The notes under the pieces were generated by a model, which did not search any database, was not told where the DNA came from, and saw only the letters and a list, made by a program, of their open reading frames with translations. Shown in pieces: positions 39,012 to 53,778 of a DNA stretch of 64,000 nt (within the stretch, counting starts at the first letter, position 1; every line of letters starts with the position of its first letter). Location of the stretch: the NCBI RefSeq assembly GCF_964355755.1, contig NC_092672.1:30572437-30636436 (forward strand), written 5' to 3'. This stretch comes from Antedon mediterranea. Taxonomy: Eukaryota > Animalia > Echinodermata. Position numbers and translations under genes: made by a program.

Positions 39012-42000
39012 TGTACAGGCAGGAATTACGAATCACGAAAACAAGTTACTTGAATCAAACTTTATTCATAGAAACAGGTTGCTATAATAAAAGGTATTAT
39101 TATATTAGCAAAACGAATAACAAAGTACTGTAATATTGGTTTAAAGTTACAAAAATGTGATTATAATTATCCTTTAATATAAGAGATCCTTTATTGTATA
39201 TAATGCTACTACTATTTTGTTTAATTAATACAAAGCTTATGTTTTACCTCCTGCCTTCTATAGGTATCCAACACAGTCACAACACAACTGTGAGGCAAAT
39301 TACCTCAAATGAGAATGGTATCGACCAACCAAACTGTAACCTAAAGTAAACACACAAATGACACAATCAGAAAACTAATCACATAAAGTTCAGGCATAGT
39401 GATAAATACTGCGAATAATACAAGTTCGCCAAAAATAAGTGTTGTAATATTAATGATCTAAAATCTGTTTGCTACTTTAATCTCAGGTTATACGGTAGTT
39501 TAATAGAACTAAATAAACTAGATATTGTACATAAATATCACGGTTGATATCGATAATTATATAAAATTACAATCTTTCGTCCTAAGATTGACGGCCACAT
39601 GAATATTCATTAGGTACAAGTCAGGACATTACGCAAGCGACCACGCTCGCATCACTACAACAATTATACACATGTGATGAGTGAAAGTTCCTATCCACTA
39701 GCCTAACAATGCTTAGGTAATACTTCAGACTTATACAAGCAAGTCACAAGTTTATATTAAACTCACCAATATCCAAACATTAGTCATTAATAACTTTAAA
39801 AACTAATTTTTTATCAATTTTCTTCGGACAAATCCGAACACGGTGTGCAGTTTCAACTTTAGAGGGCACACTTTACAAAGTCAATATGTCTGGGACAAAA
39901 CATCCCGGCCCTCTTAATGCGAGTAAAACAATGAGCATTAACAAATAAAATTCAACATAACTAAGTATCATAAATGTAAATATAATTACTTGAGATAAGT
40001 AAGTTAGGAGATACCCTAACTAGTCACTGGCTTCTAAAATAAGAATAAGCTTAGCGATAGGTCTAACTAATGTAGACGACTTTGTCCTCAGTTGGACCGA
40101 CCTTTTTACTACATTCTTATCATCCTTGTGGACTGATTCTACTCTGGCCATTGACCAACTACCCCTGGGGGAGTTTTCCATTATCAAAACAACATCACCG
40201 ACAGCAATATTCCTCTTACATTGTATCCAACGCTGCCTTTCTTGAAGTGTGGTAAGATACTCGTTCGCCCACCTCTTCCAAAAAAGATTGGTAAGATACT
40301 GGACTTGTCTCCAACCCTTTACTACATCTTCCTTTGTAAATGATCCCGGTGCTGTCAGTTCAACTCCTGCACCTATCAAAAGGTGGTTGGGTGTGAGCGG
40401 TTCTAAGTCCTTGAGGTTGTTGTCTGAATTTGCCGTTAGCGGCCTACTTTTCTACTGTTCATGATGTATTCCGCTTCGCAAAACAATGTGGACAAACCTT
40501 CGTCGTTCAATTTCAATGGTTGTTCTTTAAGAATTCAGTATATTGCTTTCCTGCTTGAGCGGATCATCCGCTCCCAAATTCCTCCATAATGAGATGCAGC
40601 AGGTGGATTAAATTGCCAATTTATTCCCTTCTTTAGCATATTTCTTTGGATCTTGTCTACATCAAGTTCTTTAAGGGACTTCTGCAATTCCCTTTGTGCT
40701 CCAACTATATTAGTTCCGTTATCGGACCTTATTGTATGAGCGGGTCTTCTTCGAGAGATGAACCGTCTAATTGCATGGATACATGAGTTTATTGTCAGTG
40801 AACATGCAACTTCTAAATGCACAGCCCTAGTCTTGAGGCAAGTAAATATGACACCGTAACGTTGCTGTGTCGCTCGATCTCGCTTTATTTCAACAAAGGG
40901 ACCAAAATAGTCCATTCCCGTGCAGCAAAAGGGACGTTCACCTACAGTGATTCGTTGCTCGGGTAGATCAGCCATCTTTTGACTCTCTGCTTTCCGATGA
41001 TACTTTCTACATGTAACACACTTTGAAACGAGTCGTCTTGCTGCCGACGGCAGGTTTGGTATCCAATACCTCTTTCTTACAGCACAAACTAGATGATTTC
41101 TACCACAGTGACCATAAATCTGATGTGCCTCAGTCATTATAAGGGTTGCAATATGGTGATTTCTAGGTACAATACTGGGTGCTTTATAGTGCTCGGTTGA
41201 TTCGACCGTTGCAGGCGACCTCCAACTCGTAATACTCCTTCATCGATAAATGGATCTAGTCTACCAATATTACTATATTTCTTCAACTGTTTATTTTCCT
41301 TAATAGAAGTTATTTCATCAAGGTAGCTTCTACTTTGGACATGTTTCATTATCTCAATTTCAGCATTCTTTAACTCATTTAGGGAAATAGCAGTCTTCTT
41401 CACTTCACGCTGTACAAGTGCCTTTTTTTATTCTAAGTAACCATGCTATCGCACGTTTCAATCTATAATACGACGAATAATGTTGTATTAGAAGTTCAAT
41501 AGAATCTGGTTGCTCAAGTGTAACACAGGTGGCTTCTTAAACTTCAGGATCACTTTCATCAAGGTTGCTGCTACGAAATGGCTTAGGCCAGCTATCAATT
41601 CCCTTCAAAAGAAACTCCGGCCCCCCTAACCATTTTTTTACTTGTTCATTGTCCTTCAGGTTAAGGCCTCGAGACGCTATATCTGCCCCGGGTTTAGCTT
41701 CCCTCCAACATGCCTCCACTGCTTTGGACTTGAGCCGTTATGGATAATGCTGATTCTGTTCGCTACAAATGTGCTGAACCGCGTTTGTTCATTATTTATG
41801 TAGTTCAGCACCAGGACACTATCAGTCCAATAAAAGATTTTAGTTAATTTTATTTCCATTTCTCTGGTTAATAAATCAACGCTTTTTACAGCTAGCATAG
41901 CGGCAGTCAACTCTAGTAGAGGGATGGTCTTTTTCTTCAAAGGTGTGACACGTGATCTGCTATAAAGTATGTTGCATCTCACATTATCCACTCCTGTCCT

Positions 42001-43000
42001 TTCATATGCAACCACTCCATATCACTTCACATCTGCAAAGATGTGCAATTTACACTCGTCACCATAGCCGATGATGCCAAGCCATCTTGGTATTTCGATA
42101 GCTCCAATCAGTGATAAGTTGCCCAACCATTGCTTTCATCGCTTCAGCAAGTCATCTGGTATCGGGTCATCCCATCCGTTCACTCTTTTGATAGATTCTT
42201 GTAGTACAAGCCTCGCCGGAAGAATAACTGGGGCCACCAGACCCATCGGATCAAATACCGAGCTTAGAGTTGCCAGGAATCCCCTTTTTGTTAGTGGATA
42301 CTCTCTGACAAGCGGGCTGAAACCAAGAATGTCTCCTTCTGGACTCCAATTTACACCCAAGGCCCGTTCGAGTGGTAACCCATCTTCCTTAAAATTCAAA
42401 CTTTGAAGTTCCTTTGATCTACGTTCCTTCGGAATAGATTCGATAACTTGTTTGTCACTGCTTGACCATTTTGTCAAATTAAATCCACCCTTAGCACACA
42501 GTTCAGTTACATCTTTTATCAAGCGAATGGCTTCTTTGGTGCTTCTGACACTCTTCAACAGGTCGTCGATCAACATAGAAGTTATTCTGTATCGTCTTGA
42601 CAGCTTCAGAATTTCTGCTATTTTCACCGTCTTCTGCAGTTTGCTTCAGCGCTGAATTGGCACATGCACGGGATGATGCCACTCCAAATAGGTGCACTTT
42701 CATTCTAAACTCTTCTGGTTCTTTCTCAAGATTTCCACCAGTAAACCACAAAAATCGAAGATAGTGCCTATCCTTCTCGGGAACGCGCACCTGGTAAAAC
42801 ATAGCTTCAACATCTGCCATCAGAGCAACTTTACATTCCCTGAAACGTAACAACACTCCTAAGAGACTGTTCGTAAGAGTTGGACCTGGTATTAATACAT
42901 CGTTTAGTGCAATTCCTTGAGATCTAGCAGCGCAGTCGAAGACGACCCTTAGCTTTGGTTTGTGTGGATTAAAGACGCCATGATGGGGAATGTACCATTT
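39012..43000 (-). mobile_element. BEL/Pao LTR retrotransposon, 5'-truncated and decayed
   Basis: pol fragments plus a 3' LTR at about 39012-39902 (TG...CA, AATAAA near 39061), preceded on minus by the PPT gggccggga at 39903-39911; gag and 5' LTR absent. Confidence 0.9.
40020..43000 (-). pseudogene. BEL/Pao pol remnant (RT, RNase H, integrase)
   Basis: [32 protein letters not shown](D) broken by a frameshift, [50 protein letters not shown]; many frameshifts. Confidence 0.9.
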
Positions 43001-45051
43001 TGACTGTGCCCAACACACACCTGGCATGTTTCAGTCCATCACGTCTCCTTGTGTTTTCGAGGAAATAATGACCCCCAACACACACCCCCCCCCCCCCCCC
43101 CCCACCCGGGGGTGGAGGCTGCAGGATACAGTCCAACAGTATAAAACAAGAAATAAGGCCATGGCCTAACTTGGCTGGGAGTCATTGGACAACTAGGTCT
43201 ACTTGACCTGGCTGGGCTAGCTAAAGTAGGTAGGGGATAGCCTAGCTAGGCCTAAAAAATTGGACAGAAAATGTGTAGTTATTTACATGTATTTGAAAAA
43301 TACAGTACAAATATAACAAAATATAGCAAAATAGTCATCAAAATATTGATAATAAAATACAATCATTTTAAAGTTAATATTGTCCCTTAAAAAGGGTTAT
43401 TTCATTGTCAATTGGTTGTGTTTACAAAGGGCTGCCACACACGCTATGGCTATACCATATTCTTTGGCTATACTAGAAGAGCAGCAGCTGGAAAGATGAC
43501 AGCACATGTTTTTCCACTGTATTTTAGTAACCAAAATGGTTTACATTTTTCGGGGAAAAGAATCATCAAAGACAGAAGTGAAGAATCTCTTTCTCTAATT
43601 ATTACACATTATTTAGGCCTACTATTAAATATTGTTTTTTTATTAACTATATTTTTTTACATAAAAATTGATTTGTTTAAAAAAAGAAACCATTTGGTTT
43701 AGCGACGTTAATTGCTGGTTTGAGGAACGCGATCGCGCAGGCGATCCGTAAAAATGATGGACTGATCGCTTTCGGAAATTCCCTTTTATTGTGTAAAAAA
43801 AGGTGATGGTCAGAAAGAGGAGACCTACGCAAGAAGGATCAATTGATTAAGCAAGGAGTTTTTAATTAGAAGTCCCTATGTAAGCAGGCCTAGAATAACC
43901 ATACAAGCCCGTAGCCAGGATTTTTACAGGGGGGTTGTTTTTTACCAAAAAGGCCCGTCTTATGGGAATTACCTCCGGTGTACCAGCGTATATGATTTAA
44001 TATCAAACGATCAAAACACCAATGATATTAGTCACCAGCCACAAGAGCACCCCCTCTCCTAAGAGGCCTCATCATGGTTGTGGGGCTGAGGTAAGAACAA
44101 TTGGAAAAGATAGAGCGCTACAGGGGCGTTCGCAGACTCGCATGACTGTTTTAAGAAGGCCTAGGTTGCCCAAAGACTCCAGTGCTGTAGACAATGAGTA
44201 TTTGAGCAAGAAAATTGTTAAATGACACCCGTACATGGTACTCTCGCACGTAAAATTCATAATAAATTGCACCTCTAGTTCGACGGAAATGTCACTCACT
44301 CTATAGTTCACTAGCAAACAGAGGATCGTAGCATAATGCTATTCGACCGGTAATAAAACATACGTCACGGGGAAGTTCCCGATGAAGGTACTTCTGGTAC
44401 GGTACTACATCTAATAACTGTAATTATTGTAAATTTATTAGCAATTAATAATTTTAAAAAGTTATACAAAAAATATGAAGCTGCTGCTATAAATATATTG
44501 CGCAAAACGTTAAATTGTGTTATTTTCAATTAAATGCTAAATAAAGTCAGATGTTAAAACCTCAATTTCAAAAATTTATTTATTATTTATCCACTATAAA
44601 CTTTAAAAAAGTGTTGTTTAAACCACACTCCAAAATAAAACAAAGAAAATTATGATATGACATTTGCAGAAGGAAGCAAACTTTGCTCTGCTACCGGTAT
44701 AACACGGTTCAAATTTTGGAACTTCCATAAATTACTACGGAAATTCGGCCTAATATTTTTTGTTTTGTTTTTGACGTTATCAAATTTTTATTTTCTTTTA
44801 AATTCTGTTATTTATTTGTTAATTTTGTAGCTTAAGTTAGTTAAGATAAAATGTACCAAGCTTGATTAGCTTCGGCTATACCTTGGCTACCTTTTGTATT
44901 AAATTGTTTTTTTGTTTGATACAATAAAGAAGAAGAAGAAATAGGGTACTACACGCATCGGAAAAAAACTATACGCACAATTATGATTTGGCCTAAAAAT
45001 TGGCCTTAGATTATAGAAAACCCCCGGCAAAACGCAATAATTATTGACAAA
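43001..45051 (+). repeat. About 2-kb direct repeat, copy 1 (copy 2 at 54636-56565; partial diverged copy at 26081-26745)
   Basis: Colinear high identity from tgactgtgcc(c)..acacacacctggcatg to cgcaataattat..gacaaat. Confidence 0.9.
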
Positions 45052-45931
45052 TCGAGTATCATACCCGATGTCATCTTAGTACAACTACTACTTACAATTT
45101 GTATTTACGGTATAACATATTATAGTAGTATAGAAGTATATATATTGAACAAATACACATACCTATAGATTAAATTGACATGTATACGATATAAAATAAT
45201 GCAAATATAGAAAGATATATATGTTAAACAAATACCAATACATACAGATTATATTGACATGCTACATGTATTTGAACTATTGTCATCTTAAAAAGGTATA
45301 CTGTATGTGATGCTTATAAACAGATTTTACGTTGATATGCAGGATTTGTGTCCATTATGATAAGGTAAGAAAGAAAAAGGAATCGATAAAATAATTAAAT
45401 TATTAACATCAAGTCTTTAGATAGTTTTAATAATTTATCTTTTAGGTTATTCGTCCATTTCTTCTGAGCCTTATGTAAATTATTCATAAATTCATTTGTT
45501 AATAAATGCTTTAATTCATAGTAAAATAATCTCCAAATTATATTTGATTCCTGATTTTGTTTCTTTTCTTTTCTTATTACTAAACACGATTTATAGATGC
45601 AAAAAGTAAATATTGAAATAAGTTCATTTACAGTTTTCGTTTCCGATCCTTTAACAATATTACGCCAGGTTATATCAATCTTTTGTACAAAACAGTTTGA
45701 GATCAAAAATTTAAATACAATCCATATGGGTTTAATCTTATTACATGAAAATAACAAATGTTTTTCATTTTCAATTTCACTATTACATCTTTCACATATG
45801 TCATTTATTGAAAGTTTCCAAATTTTTAACTTACTTTTACACGCAAGAATACGATGTAGTAGTTTGAAATTGAATTGCGCGACTTTTGTGATATGTGTCA
45901 TAGAAAACACCTTGTTATACCATACGGTATC

Positions 45932-48900
45932 CAGGGATGTCACCAGCTTTTTGGAGTGCCGGTCGCTAAAATAAAGACAAACCCCCCGGGGGGGGGGGTT
46001 TGTCGTTATTTTAGCGAAACATAAAGAATTTTGAAAATAAATAACAACAAATTGCGTCAGGTCTAGGCCTAACCTTGTACCACCGGGGAGTCGCCGTTAT
46101 TATTCGCGAAAACAAAAAAACGCTTACGAAATGAATAGCAATAGATCGCGTCAGGCTTAGGCCTAGCCTTGTAGACACTACGACCACTAGGCCTAGCCAA
46201 TGCTTAGATAGAGGCCCCAAAATCTGAATTCCACAAAAACAGGCGCTTCCTTATTTAGGCCTAATCCCTAATCAAATACGAGTGTTGACAAAGTGCGAGG
46301 CACGCGAGGCATGCCAAATATTTGTGCGAGGCATCATTTTATCATTTCCAAAAGTGCGAGGCATGCGAGGCATATAGTTTACAATTTCAAAAAGGTGCGA
46401 GGCATATCTTAACGTGCTATTATGCTATATTATAGGCCTAATAATCAATCGATACAAGCGTATCTAAATAGATTCGTGTATACACTCATCATGTTGTTTA
46501 TTTTTATGTAACGATTGTTTTTTCATTCAATTTTACTTTTACAAAAGTGCCCAAACTACGGTTCAAAAATCTGAACGACAGTCTTAAACTTTCGATAAAC
46601 AATAATTGTTATAGCGACACACTCATCAAATGACTGCAATGTTTGTTGGCATTTCGAGCGTGTTCACTCACATGTCTCTCGAACATAGCAGAGTGAAAAT
46701 AATATTTTGTCACACCCCTGCGCCTAGATCCGGTAAACCCGAGAGATGGAAAATCCCTCTTTACTATTTAGCAGGTAGCGGAATGATTCAGCCCTCAGCT
46801 CAGAGGATTGTGGTGCATTCCCCTCCTATAGCACGTGGTTTCAGCAGCAACGCACAGACTTCTCTCTGAGCGGCGTGCCAAAGACACTTTTGACATTCCA
46901 TTCTTAAGGAACAACACGTGTACCTCTCTCGCAAATAAGGTGAACAGCGATTGCCAGGACAAGTTCAATAACTGGCGGTGAATAAAAGGTAACTGATATG
47001 GCGATCGAATAACATGCCGCAAAGAAAAAAAATTGCGACAGAATTCTGGAGCGTGTGTGAAAAAAGACTTACGTCCGACAATTGTAATACTAGGCCTAAA
47101 ATTAAACTTTAGCTAATATGCTTAGCCCTAACCTAGATAAGAGGCCTATGTAGACAATAATTTAATCAATTTTGATATAATAATAATTGGTGTAATATTT
47201 AATAATGATACACTATTCCTGTTTTAGTAAGCTAGGTATATTACGAACGATTTTTATTTATTGTTGTCCATGTACGTACTAATAAACCTGGCGCTAGTTT
47301 CCTTCGCTTGTATTTTTACTCCAAATTTGATAACTAACTTCGTGTGAATACCACACCTTAGAAGTATACCTCATGAGTACTTTAATGAAAGAATCACATA
47401 AAAAGTAACAAATAAATCCTTAAATTAATGATTTTACAGGCGTGTTTCTCGCACACTGTTCGCGAATTTCACTTATTCAATGTTCAATATTTTTGTTTCT
47501 ATGGAGCGCCAAAAGAGCAACTATAATAGAGGACTAAAACTTAGTAGAATGCGTCAATTTCTCATGCATTTATTGGTGAAAAACACGTTTTATTTCAATA
47601 TATTTGTTAATTTGTCAATAAAAATGCTGTAATATGTTACTGCTGATACTGTTCTATTTTCAAAGAATAATAATCGATCCTAAATCAACATCACTACCTA
47701 GTCTAGACCTAGGACATCCTACTAAGGATATTATGATGAATTTTTCTATTTTATTCTTTAAAAGGTTACCGAAACCGTGTACATTATCAACAGTACACCG
47801 GTGAACAGTAACATTTTTCCTTACTGACAGTGACAAAATCTATTGAAATTGTACTTGATTTTCACCAAATAATGCGTTAAATATAAATGGATTCCACAGA
47901 GTTTTTAGCCCTCTAATTAATTTTGCTCTTTTGGCGTTCCATAGAAACCAAAATATTGAACATTGAGTGTGCGAAATGCGAGAAAAACAACGTCTGTAAA
48001 ATCACCAATTTAATGGATTTATTGTTACTTTTATGTGATTTTTCTTCATTAAAGTAGGCCTACTAATTCTGCTGTGGTATTCAGGATAAAGTTGGTTAAA
48101 ATACAAGGCAGGTGCAAAAGGAAACTAGCCTAGCGGGCCTAGGCCTAGGCTACTTCAATTTCGGTGATTTCCTGCCTTGCAATTTTGAGAAATGATAAAA
48201 TGATGCCTCGCATTTTTTGATGATGGTAAAACGATGCCTCGCATAAATTTCTGACTTGCCTCGCATGCCTTCCCTGCCTCGCGTGCCTCGCTGCCTCGCA
48301 CTTTGTTACTACCCATCAAATACTGTAGATAAATTATTAGCCTAGACCTTACTACTTGTTGCTCGATATAATGTTCGTGTTCTTTTGCGCGAGAGTTTTT
48401 TAGCGAATTCCGGATTTTTTGTTTCACAACTGTGCGGCAAGCATGTAGTGCATGGCCGGCAAGAACAGACACGTGTTTATGGGTTAACTGAAGTTCAGCA
48501 ACCTGAAGTTATCCCAGGGACGTGTAATTATTGTACCATGCTCGGCGATCATAAACGAACGAACTTACCCGGTCTCACTGAACCATGCGCATGTTTTTTT
48601 ATTTTTTTTAATATGTTCGTAGAGTACAAAAATGTAAAACTAGTAACATAATATAATTAAAGCAGGGTGACAAAACATTCAGCAATTAAAAATGATTTTG
48701 TTTAGGTCTATGTAGTTGTACATTTTTAATTACTGCGTACTTGTTTGTATTTTTAATCTGTGCAAAATAAAACGCTTGAATGGTCGCTATGTGAACTTTA
48801 AACTTGTACACTGTGCTGTGTAGCACGTTGTTCGCCATGACTCACAAGCTGTAACAATGAATACCAGGGCAGAGTAGGCCTGGTATTGTAGGCCTGGTAT

Positions 48901-49162
48901 TGTGTTACAAATAAAGTAACGTACGTAACCACGGAAACATTTGCTGTAGTCCTTTGTCTTATCTATATGAGGCTAGCTTGTCTGTTATTAACGATGTGCT
49001 AGGTAAAATGTTTTAGTACGAATTTTAGTTAGGCCTAGGCCTAATATAAATATCGTAATGATTAATAAATAATAGTGGTGGTCGGCAGCCTGTAAATCCT
49101 GGTCGGAAATGTTGAGTGCTGGTCGGGGCCGACCAGCGCCGACCAGCGTGGTGACATCCCTG
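45932..49162. mobile_element. hAT-like non-autonomous TIR element inserted in LINE ORF2
   Basis: Perfect 14-bp TIRs cagggatgtcacca / tggtgacatccctg; flanks ggtatc / agtatc (6-bp TSD with 1 mismatch, or shorter). Confidence 0.75.
46280..48314. mobile_element. Non-autonomous MULE-like element with 9-bp TSD
   Basis: TSD atcaaatac at 46271-46279 and 48315-48323; imperfect TIRs with gcgaggca repeats. Confidence 0.8.
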
Positions 49163-52100
49163 AGTATCCCATGCAAAAGTGTAATTTTGAAATTCTATCT
49201 CCCATTTTTCTTGTGCTATAGGAGTTGATATTATATTTTCTACAAATAAATTATAAAATAGTTTTGCATTAAGTTGTTTTGTATGAAGCCAAAAGCAATC
49301 GGTGTTTGTTTGATTGTTTACATGTTCACCATTCAAAATAATTTCCTTCCATGATTGTGGTATAGCATTCATTAGCCCTATATATTCAATTAATCCATTT
49401 TGTTTCTGTGATAGTAATGGTAACACTTCATTCATTGGTAATAATATATTCTCCTTAATTATGTCATTCATTGTTCTAAAGCCTGCATCAAGCCAAACTT
49501 TGAAATAGATTGACTTTCCATTTAACTGTATACATTTATTTTCCCACAATTGTTGGTTTTTAACGTCTTCAATGTTTTGTGGGTCAGACCAGTTCAAGTT
49601 GTTAATATTAACTATAGCAATTATCATTTCTCTATAGAAAACAGGCAAAAGTTTTAGATCAGAATGCTCTTCATTGTTAATTTGAGTGATATTAACAGTA
49701 TACTTAATAGGGTGCATAAAATAACTCGGTATACATTTCCATTTTCCTGGATCTGGACTAAGGAGTCGCTTAACCCAGTTTAACTTCAATGCTTTGACTT
49801 TTGCATTCAAATTAATCATATTTAAACCACCTTTATCTGTTTTTCTATTGAGTGTGGTTCTTTTAATCTTTTCTCGTCTACCACTCCACATAAAACTATA
49901 TATTATCAATTTCCACCTTGGGCAAGATATATTTTGGTACGGTTATAATGCTAGCATTGTATATTAGTTTAGATATGGCTAGGGTTTTAATTTTAATAAT
50001 TTTTCCAAAGAACGTAAGATTTCTTATTTTCCATAATCTTAAGATATTTTCTAAAGAAATAATCTTATCGTCCCAATTTTTCTTTTCACATAATTTGTTA
50101 TCGTATCCAACATAAATTCCTAGAAACTTTACAGGTTTCTTTGTCCATGCAATATTACATGGTTCTGACATATTATGTTTACTCGCACCAATCCACATAC
50201 CATTTGTTTTTCCTTTGTTCAATCTTAAACCTGATATTCTACAGAATAGCTCAATCTCATGTAAAAAGCAGATTAACGATTCTTTATCTTTTGTAAAGAT
50301 GATAGTATCGTCTGCAAGCTGAGCTATCTTAACAGTACATTCTTCATCATTTATTTTTGGCAATTCAATTCCTTTACATAGGGGATTGTTCCGTATGTTA
50401 CAGGCCATCAATTCAACTACCAATATAAATAACAAGGCCGATAAAGGACACCCTTGTCTTATTCCACGTTCCATATTAATGCTTTCCGACATCCAACCAT
50501 TATTTACCATTATACTTTCTGTATCAGTATATACTACTTTAATCCATTTAATAAAAGAAGGACCAAATCCAAATTTTGTTAGCGTTTTTAACATTAAATT
50601 TCTGTTTACCGAATCAAACGCTTTTGCAAAATCGAGGAAAATTAAGGCGCCGGGTTTGTTTTTGATATTAGTAAAATAAAGTATATCTTCTACAAGTCTT
50701 ATGTTTTCACCACCAAATCTTCCAGTAATGTAACCTTTTTGATCAGAATATATAATATTTGATATTACTTTTTGTAATCTGATTGATAGAACATGAGCTA
50801 ATATCTTATAATCTACATTAATGAGTGTGATAGGTCGCCAGTTTTATAACTTCTCTCTTTGTCCACTTTTGAAAAGTAATTGAATTATACCTCTCCTTTG
50901 TGAATTTGAAAGTATGTTGTTGTGATAATTATAGTTCAGAGCTGTACACAGCATTTCTTTTATATGGTCCCAAAACTTTCTGTAAAATTCAACACTCAAG
51001 CCATCAGATCCTGGGCTTTTATTAAGGTGCATTTTTAAAACAGCATTTGTGCATTCATCAACTGATAATAATCCCTCACATTTAGTATAGTCATCAATTG
51101 AAAGTTTGCTTACATTTTTGATCTGTGTAAGTACTCATTAATTTTTTTGCATATAGCTGTCTGAAGAAACTTACTTCTTCCTTTATAATTTCAGATGTGT
51201 CTGATGTGTATTTTCCATTACTTTTTAATACTGAAGTAATGTGTTTTCTTTTTGCGTTGGATTTTTCTAATCCTAAAAAGAATTTAGTGTTTTTTTCTCC
51301 CTTTTCAAACCAGTCCAATCGGGATCTAATTTGGGCACCGTGTGCTTCAATTGAATATATATCATTAAGCTCTTTCTGGATGTTGCTTAATTGGATATTT
51401 GTTTTATCATCATATGCAATATCAAGTTTATTCTTTGACTTTTTTGAACAATTCTTCTTTATTAACTTGTCTTTTTTGTTTCTTTTGTTTACAATATGTG
51501 CTAGATCTTAACTTTTAGGTATTCCCAGAGGAGGTCCGGGCTAAGATTATTTTCATTATTTTTTACATTTCTAATTATTCTGATTATGTTTACATTGTAA
51601 TCATTATCATTTAAAATGCTGTTATTAATTTTCCAAAGTCCAGGACCTTTTTCTGCTTGGTGGTTTACAATTTTAAGAGAGATTGCTTGATGATCAGAAC
51701 AGATAGATGGTCTAATGTCGCAAGACACAATTTCACCGTTTTTATAGAGGGCGTTCGAAACACACCAAAAATCTAACCTTCTGTATGTTTCTTTTCGTCT
51801 CCACGTATACTGAGTTTTGTTTTTGTGGCATTGTCTCCATATGTCAATTAGTTTATGATTACGCATACAATTTTTTAATATTTGTGGCGAGTTATCATAA
51901 GTATTTACATTGTTCTTTTGATCAAGATTACGTTGTAATATACAATTCATATCACCGCCAATTATGATATGCTCATCAACACTACAAAGAGAATCGATCT
52001 TCTTTTCAAGTTTCTTAAAGAATAACGATCTGTCTTTGTAATTATTTGGCGCATACACATTTATTAAAGTAAAAATTTGTCCGTTATATTCTAAACTTAA

Positions 52101-52523
52101 AATAAGTAGTCTACCTTCCTCATCTAAGTATTTACAACTGATGTCTTTTATGTCAAAATTCGACTTAAATAGCATTGAAATGCCTCTGCTATTTGTCGTT
52201 CCAAAGCTATGGAAAGTGTATCCCTTCCATAACGTATCATAACATTTCACAGATTTTATATCAAAGTGTGTTTCTTGAAGAAACACGATATCTACTTTTT
52301 GTTCTTCTAGCCAGTTAAATACTTTTCTCCTTTTAATATTATCTCTAAGACCTCTAGCATTTAATGAGATTAAATGAAGAGGGCTGTTTTTTCGTTTTAT
52401 TGCCATTTTTTTTTTTTTTTTTTTGCTTTTTGTATATATATATATATATATATATAATTATATTATCCAATTTTTTAACTTTCTCTCTTTACGTAAAGAG
52501 CAGTCGATCAGATAATTGTGTAT

Positions 52524-53778
52524 TTAACTTACGGAGTCAGTCTTTTTTTCTTTCTTTTCCGCATTCTTGTCTCCACTTTTTGTCATCTTCTTTCTTTTCC
52601 CTGCAGCGAATTGTTGCCTAGCGGCTGTCGCTGTATCTGAGTTAAGTGTATCTTTTTTCGCAGTTGTAGCGAAATCTGTGATAGGTCTCATACCTTTAGT
52701 GCTTTTGTCTAGTTTACTTTTCTCTCCTTGTTTCTTTTCTTGTTCCATTTTTTCTACATTTTTCTTCTCTTGTTGTTTTTTCTTTTTCTTCTCCTTCTTA
52801 GAGCGTTGAGATCCTTGATTCTCTGAAGACAAATTCTCGTCACCGCTGAGAGATTTTACTCTATCAATCGCTTCCTTCATGATTGTCTCCACTCTCTCTT
52901 CTAGTTCAACGGAGTCAGGTTCATTTCTAGGATTACTAGGTTTATTTAAGAGGTCCTCAATAACTTCAATCACTTCTTTTGCTTTATTGGTGCTGGCTAT
53001 TGCTTTGTTTTCGTTATCAATGCCATTAGGTTTTATTTTATCTTCTGTATTCTCTCCTTCTCCATCACTTTCACTATTTTCTTCAGCAGTATCACATGGA
53101 AGTTGTTCTGTCGACTGCAATGTTTTGCAGTTCTTTGCGATATGCCCTGTGTTATTACAGGTATGACATGTGATTTTCGCAAGCCTTTCTGGACATTCGT
53201 TTATTTTATGTCCAGCTATACCACATTCAAAACACTTCATTGTATCTTTTTGATTTTTATGAAAGAGCCTAGCATTGAAATTGTTGATTTTGATGAATCT
53301 TGGCATGCTATCCTTAAAAGGTTCTACGAACACAGCTCGGTCTCCGTTTAGAAAACGTGAGAGTTTTCCATTTATTCGGAATTTAACAAATTGGACGGGA
53401 CCTACTATTTTGCATCCTAGTTTTCTTAGACCATCCGTTATCTCTTCATTTCTCACTGACAGTGGAATATCTTTCACCAGTATTCTGATAGTATTTTCTC
53501 CTCCACTAAGATACGGGTTAATGTCATGTACATTAATATGTTTTCCTTTTATGTTAAGCCCCGATGTTATAACTTTTACACGTTCTCTGTGATCATTGAT
53601 ATATGCGCCAAAGATGTTTTACTTTTTGTGTTCCAATAAGGTAATCACAGTTAATCACATCATTTAGAGCAAAGTAAATAGTTTCTTCTTTGACATATTC
53701 TTCTTCTTTCTTTCTAATATCATCGTCTTTAACGAACACGGGCTTGACGCTTTGTTCAGCATAGTTTGGTGTCGTCAT
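52524..53778 (-). pseudogene. LINE ORF1 (zinc-knuckle nucleic-acid-binding protein), one frameshift near 53595
   Basis: CFECGIAGHKINEC and CHTCNNTGHIAKNC; the N-terminal part MTTPNYAEQ.. lies in another frame. Confidence 0.85.

Larger units (their letters stand above)
45395..52406 (-). pseudogene. LINE ORF2 (APE endonuclease, RT, CCHC), frameshifted and split by the insertion at 45932-49162
   Basis: SLNARGL, FLQETH, NVYAPN, GGDMN, RLDF, SDH; KSPGSDG, GIRQGCPLS, QLADDT, FLGI; C-terminal CERC..HLLFSC. The reading AWDT|VWYNK rejoins across the insertion. Confidence 0.9.
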